Positions 17,101 to 28,843 of a DNA stretch of 38,150 nucleotides are shown here, in pieces; position 1 is the stretch's first letter, and every line of letters begins with the position of its first letter. The notes beneath the pieces are model-generated. The model was not told where the DNA came from. It did no database searches and worked only from the letters and a program-made list of their open reading frames with translations. Origin of the DNA: Rudaea sp. (GTDB lineage: Bacteria > Pseudomonadota > Gammaproteobacteria > Xanthomonadales > Rhodanobacteraceae); the NCBI GenBank assembly GCA_036271355.1, contig DATBAU010000143.1, positions 1 to 38,150 on the forward strand. Reading direction: 5' to 3'. The position numbers were made by a program, and so were the translations under genes.

Positions 17101-19608
17101 GGACTGAACATCGGCGGATTCGGCAATCAGAATCCCGCGACCGGAACCGTCACGCTCACGGCCGCGCCAGCGGTCGATTTGAGCAAGGCATTCTCCGCGA
17201 CGACCATCGCGCCGAATGGCATATCGACGTTGACGATCACCGTCACGAACGCCGCGTCGGGTGCCGCGGCACTCACCGGCCTTGCATTGAGCGACACGCT
17301 TCCGACTGGCGTCACGATCGCCAATCCGTCCGGTGCAGGAACGACGTGCGGCGCTGGCACCGTTACGGCGACGAGCGGCACATCCTCCGTTTCGCTCACC
17401 GGCGGCAGTGTCGCCGCCGGCGCGAACTGCGCCATCACCGTTTCGGTGACCGCGTCGACGCCCGGAACGTACACGAACACGATTCCCGCGAATTCGGTCA
17501 CCTCGACACAAGGCGCGTCGAACCCGACGCCGGCGACCGCAAGCTTGCTCGTCGCACCGCCCGTCACCATCGGCAAGACATTCCTGCCGACGGCAGTCAC
17601 GGCGAGCGAAAGTTCCGTGCTCACCATCGTGATCACCAACACGACGGCTGGTTCGGTGGCGCTCAGCGGAATGACGCTGACCGACAACCTGCCGGGCGGC
17701 ATCACCGTTGCGTCAACGCCGAACGCATCGACGACATGCGGAGCGGGCGCAGTTGCCGCGACGTCGGGCACCGCGATCGTGATGTTGAACAACGGCAGCG
17801 TGGGCGCAGGAGCGAGCTGTGCGATCACCGTATCGGTCACCGGCACGGTCGCCGGCGGCTACACCAACACGATTCCCGCCAGCGCACTGACCGACACGCA
17901 AGGCGTGACGAACGCAACGCCCGCGACGGCGAACCTCAGCATAAACACGGCGGTGGCGATCACGAAAGCGTTCTCGCCGACATCGATTCCATCGGGCGGT
18001 ACATCGACACTGACCATCATGATTCCGAACACCGCCGCCGGTTCGGTCGCGCTGAGCGGAATGACGTTGACCGACACGTTGCCGAGCGGCGTCACGGTCG
18101 CCTCGACGCCGACCGCATCCACCACGTGCGGCGGCGGAACGGTTGTTGCGACTGGCGGCACCGTCACGCTCAGCAGCGGCAGCGTCGCCGCGGGCGGCAC
18201 ATGTTCGATCACGGTGCCAGTGACGGCGACCGCGACGAACACGTACACCAACACGATCCCGCCGAACTCGCTCACCGACACGCAGAACGTCACCAACACG
18301 ACGCCTGCGACCGCCAACCTGACGGTCACGGCGCCTGTGGGAATCACCAAGGCGTTCTCGCCGACATCGATTCCCTCGGGCGGAACGTCGACGCTGACGA
18401 TCACCATTCCCAACACCGCAACCGGTTCGGTCGCGCTGAGCGGAATGATGTTGACCGACACGTTGCCCAGTGGCGTTACCGTCGCGTCGACGCCGACCGC
18501 GTCGACCACGTGCGGCGCCGGAACGGTTGCGGCGAGTGGCGGCACCGTCACGCTCAGCGGCGGCAGTGTCGCCGCGGGCGGCACATGTTCGATCACGGTG
18601 CCGGTAACGGCAACGGCGACGAACACGTACACCAACACGATTCCGGCCAACGCGCTGACCGATACGCAAAACGTAACGAACACCGCGCCGACGACGGCCG
18701 ATCTCACGATCACCGCGCCGCTCGGAATCACCAAGGCGTTCTCGCCGACGTCGATCAGTTCGGGGAACACCTCGACGCTGACGATCACCATTCCGAACAC
18801 GGATTCGGGTGCCATCGCACTGAGTGGAATGGCGTTGAGCGATCAGTTGCCCGCCGGCGTGACGGTCGCATCGACACCGAATGCATCGACGACGTGCGGC
18901 GGCGGAACAGTCACGGCCACGGGCGGCGACACGACGGTCGCGCTGAGTGGCGGCAGTCTCGCAGCGGACGCATCGTGCACCATCGTCGTGTCGGTGACCG
19001 GCACGGCGAGTGGCATGTACACCAACACGATTCCGGCCAACGCGCTGACCGATACGCAAAACGTCACCAACATCGCGCCGACGACAGCGGACCTGACGAT
19101 CAGCACGCCGTCGGTGATCTCGAAGTCGTTCTCGCCGCCGACGTTCAGCACCGGCAGCACGTCGACGCTGACGATCAACATCCCGAACACCGCGGTCGGC
19201 GCGGTCGCGCTGACCAACATGGCGCTGACCGACAACTTGCCGAGCGGACTTTCGGTCGCGAGCACGCCGAACGCATCCACGACGTGTGGAGGATCGGTCT
19301 CGGCAACGTCGGGCGCGACGAGCGTGACGCTTACCGGCGGAAGCCTTGCGGCGAATGCGACGTGCAACATCGTTGTCTCGGTCACCGCGCAATCGACCGG
19401 CAGTTACACGAACGTGATCCCGGCCGGCGCGCTCACCGATACGCAAGGCGTGACGAATACGTCCGTCGCGACGGCGGTGGTTTCAGTGACGCCGCGCGCC
19501 ACCAATACGACACCTGTGCCGATGCCGCGCTGGATGCTGATCGCGCTCGTCGCTTTGATGATCGCAACGACGTCGGCGGCCGTTCGCCGCCGCCGCCGTT
19601 CGCAGTAA
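14119..19608 (+). CDS. Large Thr/Ser/Gly-rich surface adhesin with 13 DUF11/DUF7933-like Ig-like repeats and an IPTL-CTERM-like tail (start may be 14191)
   Basis: Signal peptide ...LLMVAHAASA-QQ; repeats K-[AS]-F-x-P...L-T-D-x-L-P...TTCG...C-x-I-T-V...Y-T-N-T-I; tail PVPMPRWML-hydrophobic-RRRRR. Confidence 0.88.
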   Translation: MMVGKLRARACRIVVAFKNARFDRMMSRSFALIGLLMVAHAASAQQVQVNKSFNPASVTLGATSVVTVTLQNTSTTSAATISGFTDDIASMGGSAQLLGTPTPTTTCTGGTPTVSGTAIVMSNGVIPIAPNASTPGSCTITFSVRTLKTGNGFNTIRASDVVTSNGSPSSDVTQTLTVQAANITTASGPVQTVLTGDTATVTYTLTNTTPVTLTNVTFPITSNATSAYTVSGTGVGATCGGTATLPAPGGTTGTTTFSGITIPASGACTVTLQVTTPTVETVNFTLVANAIADDQGATNSTGTSGQAKFVNGQPNVSKAFNPTSVQPGSTSTVTLKIQNVLTDQALNALADSDPLPAGFIVDAAAPTQTGCGGATLGGAGTGTFTISGATIAVGATCTITFVVDIPLAQAPATYTNTVPKGNLTATSDTGAAIPGAAQNATANLIVTAPGGGVAATKAAAPTSAGINTPILITLTFASQGNAAFTAGQFTDALPQTPVVMEQFFDGAAHAPTTTGCGGAAMISAVDGATSVTGSGLTIAAGGSCVVKFYVFFPNVTGPSRVDANTLTGISFTNSLNNPVTPTSNSVNITELPTFTVTNYVASASGLTNQPLTVSATVNVPTGQSDTNASITIPLNSVTPASVELAPTPNFTFANCPAGVDATSVTPAANGQSFSVVLGTINQTCTIGYDVIDIGSVAGTFTPGNPSYKGDLTGQTSVSFTGTNNVTFTAPVPIGVSKSFTPNQIQAGGVATAKIALVVPRAGTLAVTEAEGVAFTDNLPTNLVFSPTPNVTFTGCQQTAQPAPSFVITGTSIAFSNISLITNGTTQTTCIVAFDVTSNAVGAPLNQIPAGAVTSTAGAGATNTQTAKASLTVAAGLGVQKTFVNASFPIGGTDYIRLLVTNTATPSPLTGGSLADNMPTSLVLASLTEGPSQAGDPPLCGGSISGSLGSSNYVLNGLSIGGYIGGVAGQCVVYVLVTSSPTAVPATVANTIASGGLNIGGFGNQNPATGTVTLTAAPAVDLSKAFSATTIAPNGISTLTITVTNAASGAAALTGLALSDTLPTGVTIANPSGAGTTCGAGTVTATSGTSSVSLTGGSVAAGANCAITVSVTASTPGTYTNTIPANSVTSTQGASNPTPATASLLVAPPVTIGKTFLPTAVTASESSVLTIVITNTTAGSVALSGMTLTDNLPGGITVASTPNASTTCGAGAVAATSGTAIVMLNNGSVGAGASCAITVSVTGTVAGGYTNTIPASALTDTQGVTNATPATANLSINTAVAITKAFSPTSIPSGGTSTLTIMIPNTAAGSVALSGMTLTDTLPSGVTVASTPTASTTCGGGTVVATGGTVTLSSGSVAAGGTCSITVPVTATATNTYTNTIPPNSLTDTQNVTNTTPATANLTVTAPVGITKAFSPTSIPSGGTSTLTITIPNTATGSVALSGMMLTDTLPSGVTVASTPTASTTCGAGTVAASGGTVTLSGGSVAAGGTCSITVPVTATATNTYTNTIPANALTDTQNVTNTAPTTADLTITAPLGITKAFSPTSISSGNTSTLTITIPNTDSGAIALSGMALSDQLPAGVTVASTPNASTTCGGGTVTATGGDTTVALSGGSLAADASCTIVVSVTGTASGMYTNTIPANALTDTQNVTNIAPTTADLTISTPSVISKSFSPPTFSTGSTSTLTINIPNTAVGAVALTNMALTDNLPSGLSVASTPNASTTCGGSVSATSGATSVTLTGGSLAANATCNIVVSVTAQSTGSYTNVIPAGALTDTQGVTNTSVATAVVSVTPRATNTTPVPMPRWMLIALVALMIATTSAAVRRRRRSQ
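17179..19490 (+). repeat. Six tandem coding repeats in the adhesin (384-390 bp period)
   Basis: Unit starts at 17179, 17569, 17959, 18343, 18727, 19117; 48-bp exact identity between 18627-18674 and 19017-19064. Confidence 0.9.
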
Positions 19609-19617
19609 TCGATGTCC

Positions 19618-19638
19618 GGCTGACGCATCGCGTCAGCC
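19618..19638 (+). terminator. Hairpin directly after the adhesin stop
   Basis: GGCTGACGC-ATC-GCGTCAGCC; no U-tract, so terminator function is uncertain. Confidence 0.35.
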
Positions 19639-19739
19639 CCGACGCCGCAGGCCGCGCGCGATCGCATCGACGCGGCCACATTCATGGGTGATCGGCTGGA
19701 CACGCTCATTGCTGTGTCCCCTGCAAGGGGAGATCAGCC

Positions 19740-20009
19740 GTGAAGCCGAATCCGCATTTTCCGAATGCCCGCGCACTCGCGGGCAACGCCGACGCCGCCG
19801 AAACCGTGTCGCGCCGCATGGCGCGCGAAGTCATGTTTTCCGTCGTCGATACGCTCGTCACCGAAACCGGCGCGAGCCGCCCGCGCATCGTCAAGGTGCT
19901 CAAGCAGGAAGCCCTCGACGCCAATCATCCCGACAAACTCGAACTCATCTTCGATCTGATCGCAGCGCTCGAACTCGGCACCGACAGCGCGTTCCTGCGC
20001 ACGCGCTGA
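19740..20009 (+). CDS. Hypothetical 89-aa protein
   Basis: AAGGGGAG RBS before GTG; genome-typical codon use; amphipathic helical sequence. Confidence 0.6.
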   Translation: MKPNPHFPNARALAGNADAAETVSRRMAREVMFSVVDTLVTETGASRPRIVKVLKQEALDANHPDKLELIFDLIAALELGTDSAFLRTR

Positions 20010-20321
20010 AACTGCTGCAAACCGTGACAAAGCGGCGTTTCATGTCACGCGGCGAAATGGCGGTGTTTCGCAGCCGCAAATCATCCTTCTCGCGTGCGCC
20101 GTCGCCGGTGTATTCCGGCGTCCCATTAGCCGCGCATCCCCGGCACCGCGCCCGACATCGGCGCATACGAAATCAATCCGGGCATCATTTTTTTTTGACG
20201 GACTCCAGACGAAGCATGTCAGATTTTTCTGATGCCGCCGCGCAACCGGGGGTCCGACCGCTCGGTTGCGTTGAGATATCCTCACGCATCGACGTTGTTT
20301 CATCGCTTGGCGATCCGACCG

Positions 20322-20957
20322 ATGCCTCTGCAAAACCGCGTGACGCCGTTTGGCGACATCATCGCCATTCCGCAACGCGGAATGTTCACGGGCAATCGCG
20401 GAATCATCCACGATCCCGCGACCAAGACACTACTTCGCAAACGCTGGTCGAGCAAAGCATGGATCGTTTGCACGTGCAGCTACAAGAATCGTCGCCGCGA
20501 TGTGATGGCTGCGCGGAGCTGGACCGAACTGTTCTTCCTCGACGAAGCCATCGCACTCGCCGCCGGGCATCGCCCGTGTTTTGCGTGTCGCCGCGAATCC
20601 GCCGAAGCATTCCGCGCAGCGTGGAATGCAGCGAAAGGAACCCGCGATGCGAAAGTGCCGGAGATCGATCGGACGCTGCACCATGAACGCCTTCAGAACG
20701 GACGCAAGCAAATTCATGCGTTGCAGACGCGTCTCGACGAACTTCCTGACGGCGCGGTCGTCGCCAGCGGCGACGATGCGTATACGATCGCGCACGGACT
20801 TGCTTTCCGCTGGACGACCGGCCATTACGCGCCGCCGCGAAAATTGAAAAGCGTCGACGGTGTGCTCACACCACCTTCGACGTTGCAAGCGATGCGCGCC
20901 GGCTATCGGCCTATCTTGCATCCGGATATCGACGTAGCGTTTCCGAATTCCGCCTGA
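20322..20957 (+). CDS. Conserved hypothetical protein with an Ada-like Cys metal-binding motif
   Basis: MPLQNRVTPFG...GNRGIIH...WIVC...ELFFLDEAIALAAGHRPCFACRR. Confidence 0.8.
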   Translation: MPLQNRVTPFGDIIAIPQRGMFTGNRGIIHDPATKTLLRKRWSSKAWIVCTCSYKNRRRDVMAARSWTELFFLDEAIALAAGHRPCFACRRESAEAFRAAWNAAKGTRDAKVPEIDRTLHHERLQNGRKQIHALQTRLDELPDGAVVASGDDAYTIAHGLAFRWTTGHYAPPRKLKSVDGVLTPPSTLQAMRAGYRPILHPDIDVAFPNSA

Positions 20958-21032
20958 GGCGTCGCGCCATCGCTGCTCAGCGAACGTTTCGCAACGGCAT
21001 GCTAAAAACACGGTGAACGGACTGGAGTAGTT

Positions 21033-21212
21033 ATGGACGACAAATCAAACAAAACCAAGAAGCCTTCAAATCGCGATCTCGATCGGCCGCCCGCGAAGCC
21101 GGGACCTCGCAATGGCCTCGGCCGTCAGCCGACCAGCACGGGAGAAGGCAATTCGGCCGGAAGCAACGCGGGCCTCGACGCCAACGATAAGACGAAGACG
21201 CCGAATCCTTGA
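21033..21212 (+). CDS. Small hydrophilic protein (59 aa, below the ORF-track cutoff)
   Basis: GGAG RBS then ATG; MDDKSNKTKKPSNRDLDRPPAKPGPRNGLGRQPTSTGEGNSAGSNAGLDANDKTKTPNP*. Confidence 0.5.
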   Translation: MDDKSNKTKKPSNRDLDRPPAKPGPRNGLGRQPTSTGEGNSAGSNAGLDANDKTKTPNP

Positions 21213-21267
21213 ACGAACTCTTGGATCGCAGCAAATCGTGCAAGCGTGGAAGAGTTGCTAAAAAATA

Positions 21268-21343
21268 TGGTGGCCAGGGACGGAATCGAACCGCCGACAC
21301 GGGGATTTTCAATCCCCTGCTCTACCAACTGAGCTACCTGGCC
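21268..21343 (-). tRNA. tRNA-Phe (GAA)
   Basis: GGCCAGGTAGCTCAGTTGGTAGAGCAGGGGATTGAAAATCCCCGTGTCGGCGGTTCGATTCCGTCCCTGGCCACCA; 76 nt, anticodon GAA, encoded CCA. Confidence 0.98.
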
Positions 21344-21387
21344 GGAAATCTTTGGGCGGCGCCGAATGGGCCGCTTGAGGGGCGCGT

Positions 21388-21416
21388 ATTACAACGGCTG
21401 GCGCTGAATTCGTCAA
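21388..21416 (-). promoter_or_regulatory. Sigma70 promoter of tRNA-Phe
   Basis: TTGACG-17 bp-TGTAAT followed by GC-rich discriminator ACGCGCCCC. Confidence 0.6.
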
Positions 21417-21481
21417 GTAATAGGATGCGTGCTTCGGCGGTCTGGGGCTAAGCTACATCACGAACGTCAAGGAGGCAGGCC

Positions 21482-21887
21482 ATGAATTCGATTCGAATGA
21501 AAGTGATCGCTCCGCTCGTGCTCGCGATTTGCGCAACCAATGCGTTGGCCGATTCGGTGCAACACCAGGCCGACGAACTCGCGCGGTTCCGCAGTTTCGC
21601 GGGCGCGCCTGTATGAATTCAATCTTGTAAATATTTTTCAGACGCAAATCGTCGGCGACGCCCAAGTCGTCGTCTGGCCGACGATCAACAGCGCATATCT
21701 GCTGACCGTCGATCAACCGTGCAACAACCTCGCGTTCGCGCACGGCTTCGCGGTGACGCAGGAGCAGTCGATGCGGGTCAGCAAGCATTTCGATTCGGTC
21801 ACGTTCGGCGGACAACGCTGCCGCATCACGGAAATCCGGCCGGTCGATTACAAAGCCATGCTGAAAGCGGGCAAGGCGTCTGGCTAG
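21482..21887 (+). pseudogene. DUF6491-like secreted protein, frameshifted near 21613
   Basis: AAGGAGG RBS; MNSIRMKVIAPLVLAICATNALA...FAGAPV hits TGA at 21614; the +1 frame continues EFNL...AYLLTVDQPCNNL.FA...FDSV...CRITEIRPVD. Confidence 0.7.
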
Positions 21888-21891
21888 ACGA

Positions 21892-22164
21892 TCACGCGTC
21901 CGGCGGCACGTAACCTTGCGGGGCGGCGGAGCCTTCGCCGAACAGGAATTTCTCCATTTCGCCTTCGAGGAATTTGCGTGCTTTCGGATCGAGCGGAGAA
22001 AGACGGTTCTCGTTGATGAGCATGGTCTGATGGGCGAGCCATTGCGACCACGCTTCCTTCGAGACGTGGTCGTAGATGCGCTTTCCCAACTCGCCGGGAT
22101 ACGGTGCGAAGGCGAGTCCTTCGGCTTCGCGCTGAAGTCGCGCGCAAAATACATTTCTGCTCAT
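21892..22164 (-). CDS. yggX: Fe(II)-trafficking / oxidative damage protection protein YggX
   Basis: MSRNVFC..L.REAEGL...[29 protein letters not shown]; follows mutY. Confidence 0.95.
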   Translation of the reverse strand: MSRNVFCARLQREAEGLAFAPYPGELGKRIYDHVSKEAWSQWLAHQTMLINENRLSPLDPKARKFLEGEMEKFLFGEGSAAPQGYVPPDA

Positions 22165-23234
22165 CGAATTTCTGCTCGTCGGTTTTCTTTCGCGAATGCT
22201 TCGATCAGTTTACGCACCGGCGCGGGCAAACCGAGTTGCGCGGCTTCCTCAGGCAATAACCAGCGGCTTTCGGAAACGTCGGCGATGCGCGCAACGCGTT
22301 CGACATCGCACGCGATCGGCGAGATGTCCAGTTTGTAATGACTGAAGGTGTGCGTGAAGCAGGGGAGGTGGCGAAACGCGATGTCGTCTTTGCGTTGTGT
22401 TGCGATCGTCGCGATGCTCGATTTCGCGGATTCGATATCCGCTGCTTCCGGCAAGCTCCACAACTGCGCCCACACGCCGACCGATGGTCGACGTTGCAAC
22501 AGCAATCGTCCCGAACCATCGTGAACGATCAGCATCATCGTCGCGCGAGTCGGCAACGCGCGCGACGGTTTCGATTCGGGCAACTGCGCCGTCAATCCTT
22601 CGATGTTCGCGACGCAACTGCTCGCGAGCGGACATCGCGGACAGCGCGGACGCGAACGTACGCAAACCGTCGCGCCGAGATCCATGATCGCCTGCGTGTA
22701 GTCCACCACGCGTTCGTGCGGCGTGTGCGAATCGGCGAATTCCCATAATTTTTTTTGAACCGATGTCGAACCGGACCATCCGCGCACGCCGTGATAGCGC
22801 GACAACACACGCTTCACATTTCCGTCGAGTATCGGAAATCGCAGTCCGTGCGCTTGCGCAAGAATCGCTCCGGCCGTCGAGCGACCAATCCCGGGCAAGT
22901 CGGCCAGCGCTTCGAATTCGCGCGGCAAATCACCGCCATGATGTTCGACGCAGATGACAGCGGCTTTATGCAGATTTCGCGCGCGGCTGTAATAACCCAA
23001 GCCCGACCACGCGGCGAGCACATCGTCGATCGGCGACGCCGCGAGTTCGGCGATCGATGCGAACTTTTCCACAGAGCGCAAAAAGTACGGAATGACCGTC
23101 GCGACCTGCGTCTGCTGCAGCATGATTTCGGACAGCCAGACGCGATACGGCGTGCGCGGCGTTTGCCATGGCAGATCGTGGCGGCCATGTCGGTCGAACC
23201 AGACGAGCAGGCGGCCGGCGAAATCGTCAGGCAT
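22161..23234 (-). CDS. mutY: A/G-specific adenine glycosylase MutY
   Basis: [50 protein letters not shown]-x6-C-x2-C-x5-C cluster. Confidence 0.96.
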   Translation of the reverse strand: MPDDFAGRLLVWFDRHGRHDLPWQTPRTPYRVWLSEIMLQQTQVATVIPYFLRSVEKFASIAELAASPIDDVLAAWSGLGYYSRARNLHKAAVICVEHHGGDLPREFEALADLPGIGRSTAGAILAQAHGLRFPILDGNVKRVLSRYHGVRGWSGSTSVQKKLWEFADSHTPHERVVDYTQAIMDLGATVCVRSRPRCPRCPLASSCVANIEGLTAQLPESKPSRALPTRATMMLIVHDGSGRLLLQRRPSVGVWAQLWSLPEAADIESAKSSIATIATQRKDDIAFRHLPCFTHTFSHYKLDISPIACDVERVARIADVSESRWLLPEEAAQLGLPAPVRKLIEAFAKENRRAEIR

Positions 23235-24228
23235 TGCCGAGTGAGGCGGGAAGCAATCCATCGACGAACGCAGCGGCATCGAACTCGCGCAAGTCGTCGG
23301 CGGTTTCGCCCAAACCGACGAAGCGGATCGGCACGCCGAATTCTTTCGCCAGCGCGAACACGACGCCGCCTTTCGCGGTGCCATCGAGTTTGGTAACGAC
23401 GAGTCCGGTGACACCGATCGCGGCGAGGAATTGTTTGGTCTGATTGATCGCGTTCTGGCCGGTCGTGCCGTCGAGCACGAGCAGCGCTTCGTGCGGCGCG
23501 TTGGGATCGAGCTTGGCGAGCACGCGACGGATCTTGCTCAACTCGTCCATCAATCCGGCTTGTGTGTGCAGTCGGCCGGCGGTGTCGGCGATGAGGATGT
23601 CGGCGTTGCGCGACATCGCCGATTGCAACGCATCGAAAATCACGCTCGCCGAATCCGCGCCCGCACCTTGCGCGATAACCGGCACGTTGTTTCGATCGCC
23701 CCATGTTTTGAGCTGTTCCATCGCCGCGGCGCGGAACGTATCGCCGGCTGCGAGCAGCACGTTTTTGCCGTGATTCTGGAAATAGCGCGCGAGCTTGCCG
23801 ATCGTCGTTGTCTTGCCGACGCCGTTGACGCCGACCATCAGAATGACGAATGGATTCGCGCTGTCGGTCTGCAGCGGCACCGCCACCGGACGCAAGATTG
23901 CGAGCAGTTGTTCGCGCAGCGCGTTGAGCAGGTCGTCGGGAAACGTGAACTCACGTTTGCGCATGCGAGCGCGCAGGTTCTCGACGATTTCGGTAGTCGC
24001 CGCTATGCCGACGTCCGCGCCGATCAGCACCGTTTCGAGATCGTCGAGCAGTGATTCGTCGTCGAGTTTCGAATGGCGCGCAAAAAGATCGCGCACGTCG
24101 CGATTGAAAATACTTTTCTGGAAACGTCCGCGCCACGCCGGTTTCGGCGTCGCCTCCGGTTCTTCGATTTTCGGCGGATCGGAGGAGGGCGCATCCTCGC
24201 CCGGTTTTTTCTTCCAGAACTTGAGCAT
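23227..24228 (-). CDS. ftsY: Signal recognition particle receptor FtsY (short N-terminal region)
   Basis: GVNGVGKTTTIGK, AGDTFRAAA, DTAGRLH, TKLDGTAKGG. Confidence 0.96.
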   Translation of the reverse strand: MLKFWKKKPGEDAPSSDPPKIEEPEATPKPAWRGRFQKSIFNRDVRDLFARHSKLDDESLLDDLETVLIGADVGIAATTEIVENLRARMRKREFTFPDDLLNALREQLLAILRPVAVPLQTDSANPFVILMVGVNGVGKTTTIGKLARYFQNHGKNVLLAAGDTFRAAAMEQLKTWGDRNNVPVIAQGAGADSASVIFDALQSAMSRNADILIADTAGRLHTQAGLMDELSKIRRVLAKLDPNAPHEALLVLDGTTGQNAINQTKQFLAAIGVTGLVVTKLDGTAKGGVVFALAKEFGVPIRFVGLGETADDLREFDAAAFVDGLLPASLGNA

Positions 24229-24282
24229 CGCAAACGCAGATGAAAGACAATGCGCGCATGCTACCACTCGCCGACCACAATC

Positions 24283-25435
<1,153 letters not shown>

Positions 25436-25460
25436 ATTCAACGTCGAAAAAGGTGACAAA

Positions 25461-27977
<2,517 letters not shown>

Positions 27978-27978
27978 C

Positions 27979-28842
27979 GTGAAACTTTGGTCGATTCTCG
28001 GCAATTCGCAAAAGCTCGACGGCGGCGCGATGTTCGGCAATGCGCCGAAAGCATTGTGGTCGAAGTGGCTCGCGCCGGACGAAAACAATTGCGTTCCACT
28101 CGCCTGCCGCGCACTGCTCGTCGACGATCTCGACGGCAAAACCGTGCTGTTCGAAACCGGCATCGGCGCATTCTTCGAGCCGAAACTGCGCGAGCGTTAT
28201 GGCGTGATGGAAGATCGGCACATCCTGCTCGATTCGCTGAAATCGGCTGGCTTCTCGCACGAAGACATCGACGTGGTCGTCATCTCGCATCTTCATTTCG
28301 ATCACGCCGGCGGATTGCTGGCGGAATGGAAACCCGATGCGGCGCCGTCGCTGCTGTTTCCAACTGCCACGTTCGTCGTCGGCAAAACCGCATTCGAGCG
28401 CGCATTGCATCCGCATCCACGTGATCGCGCGTCGTTCATTCCGGAACTGCCGGCGTTGCTGGAGCAGACCGGACGTCTCGAGCTCGTCGACGGCGAATTT
28501 TCCAAAACGCTCGGCCAATCCGTGCGCTTTTCCTTCAGCGACGGACATACGCCGGGATTGATGCTCGCCGAAATCGTGATGCCGAAAGGCGGCGTCGTAT
28601 TTTGCGCCGATCTGATTCCAGGCCGTCCGTGGGTGCATCTGCCGGTGACGATGGGCTACGACCGCGCGCCGGAAATCCTCATCGACGAAAAACGCGAATT
28701 CCTCGACGACAAACTCGCGCGCGGCGTGCGTCTGTTCTTCACGCATGACGTCGACTGCGCGATGGCGCGCGTGAAACGCGACGACAAAGGCCGCTATTCG
28801 ACCACCGACGAAAACGGCGAACTGACGGGAATGGCAGCCTGA
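27979..28842 (+). CDS. Metallo-beta-lactamase fold hydrolase (YtnP-like)
   Basis: [31 protein letters not shown]. Confidence 0.9.
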   Translation: MKLWSILGNSQKLDGGAMFGNAPKALWSKWLAPDENNCVPLACRALLVDDLDGKTVLFETGIGAFFEPKLRERYGVMEDRHILLDSLKSAGFSHEDIDVVVISHLHFDHAGGLLAEWKPDAAPSLLFPTATFVVGKTAFERALHPHPRDRASFIPELPALLEQTGRLELVDGEFSKTLGQSVRFSFSDGHTPGLMLAEIVMPKGGVVFCADLIPGRPWVHLPVTMGYDRAPEILIDEKREFLDDKLARGVRLFFTHDVDCAMARVKRDDKGRYSTTDENGELTGMAA

Positions 28843-28843
28843 T

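Noticed and set aside
17179-19490. CRISPR array or DGR template/variable repeat
   Set aside because: The repeats are in-frame 128-130-codon protein domains without spacers; no cas or reverse transcriptase gene; differences are not obviously adenine-specific.
14272-19691. Long alternative-frame ORFs (14272..16509 -, 16602..19691 +, 17713..19446 -) and similar ORFs elsewhere
   Set aside because: Arg/His-rich shadow frames of high-GC coding genes; no motifs or RBS support.
20188-20200. Phase-variable T9 tract at a TTGACG -35
   Set aside because: No credible -10 at 16-18 bp, and the tract lies upstream of the hexamer, not in the spacer.
13950-21343. Integrative element or prophage at tRNA-Phe
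   Set aside because: No integrase, transposase or phage genes seen, and I found no duplicate of the tRNA 3' end (att site) by eye; at most an old accessory islet.
21031-21451. Track ORFs 21031..21312 -, 21125..21328 - and 21209..21451 +
   Set aside because: They overlap the tRNA-Phe gene and are translation artefacts.
21608-21620. Programmed +1 frameshift like prfB
   Set aside because: GTA-TGA offers no tRNA re-pairing in the +1 frame and there is no internal Shine-Dalgarno just upstream.
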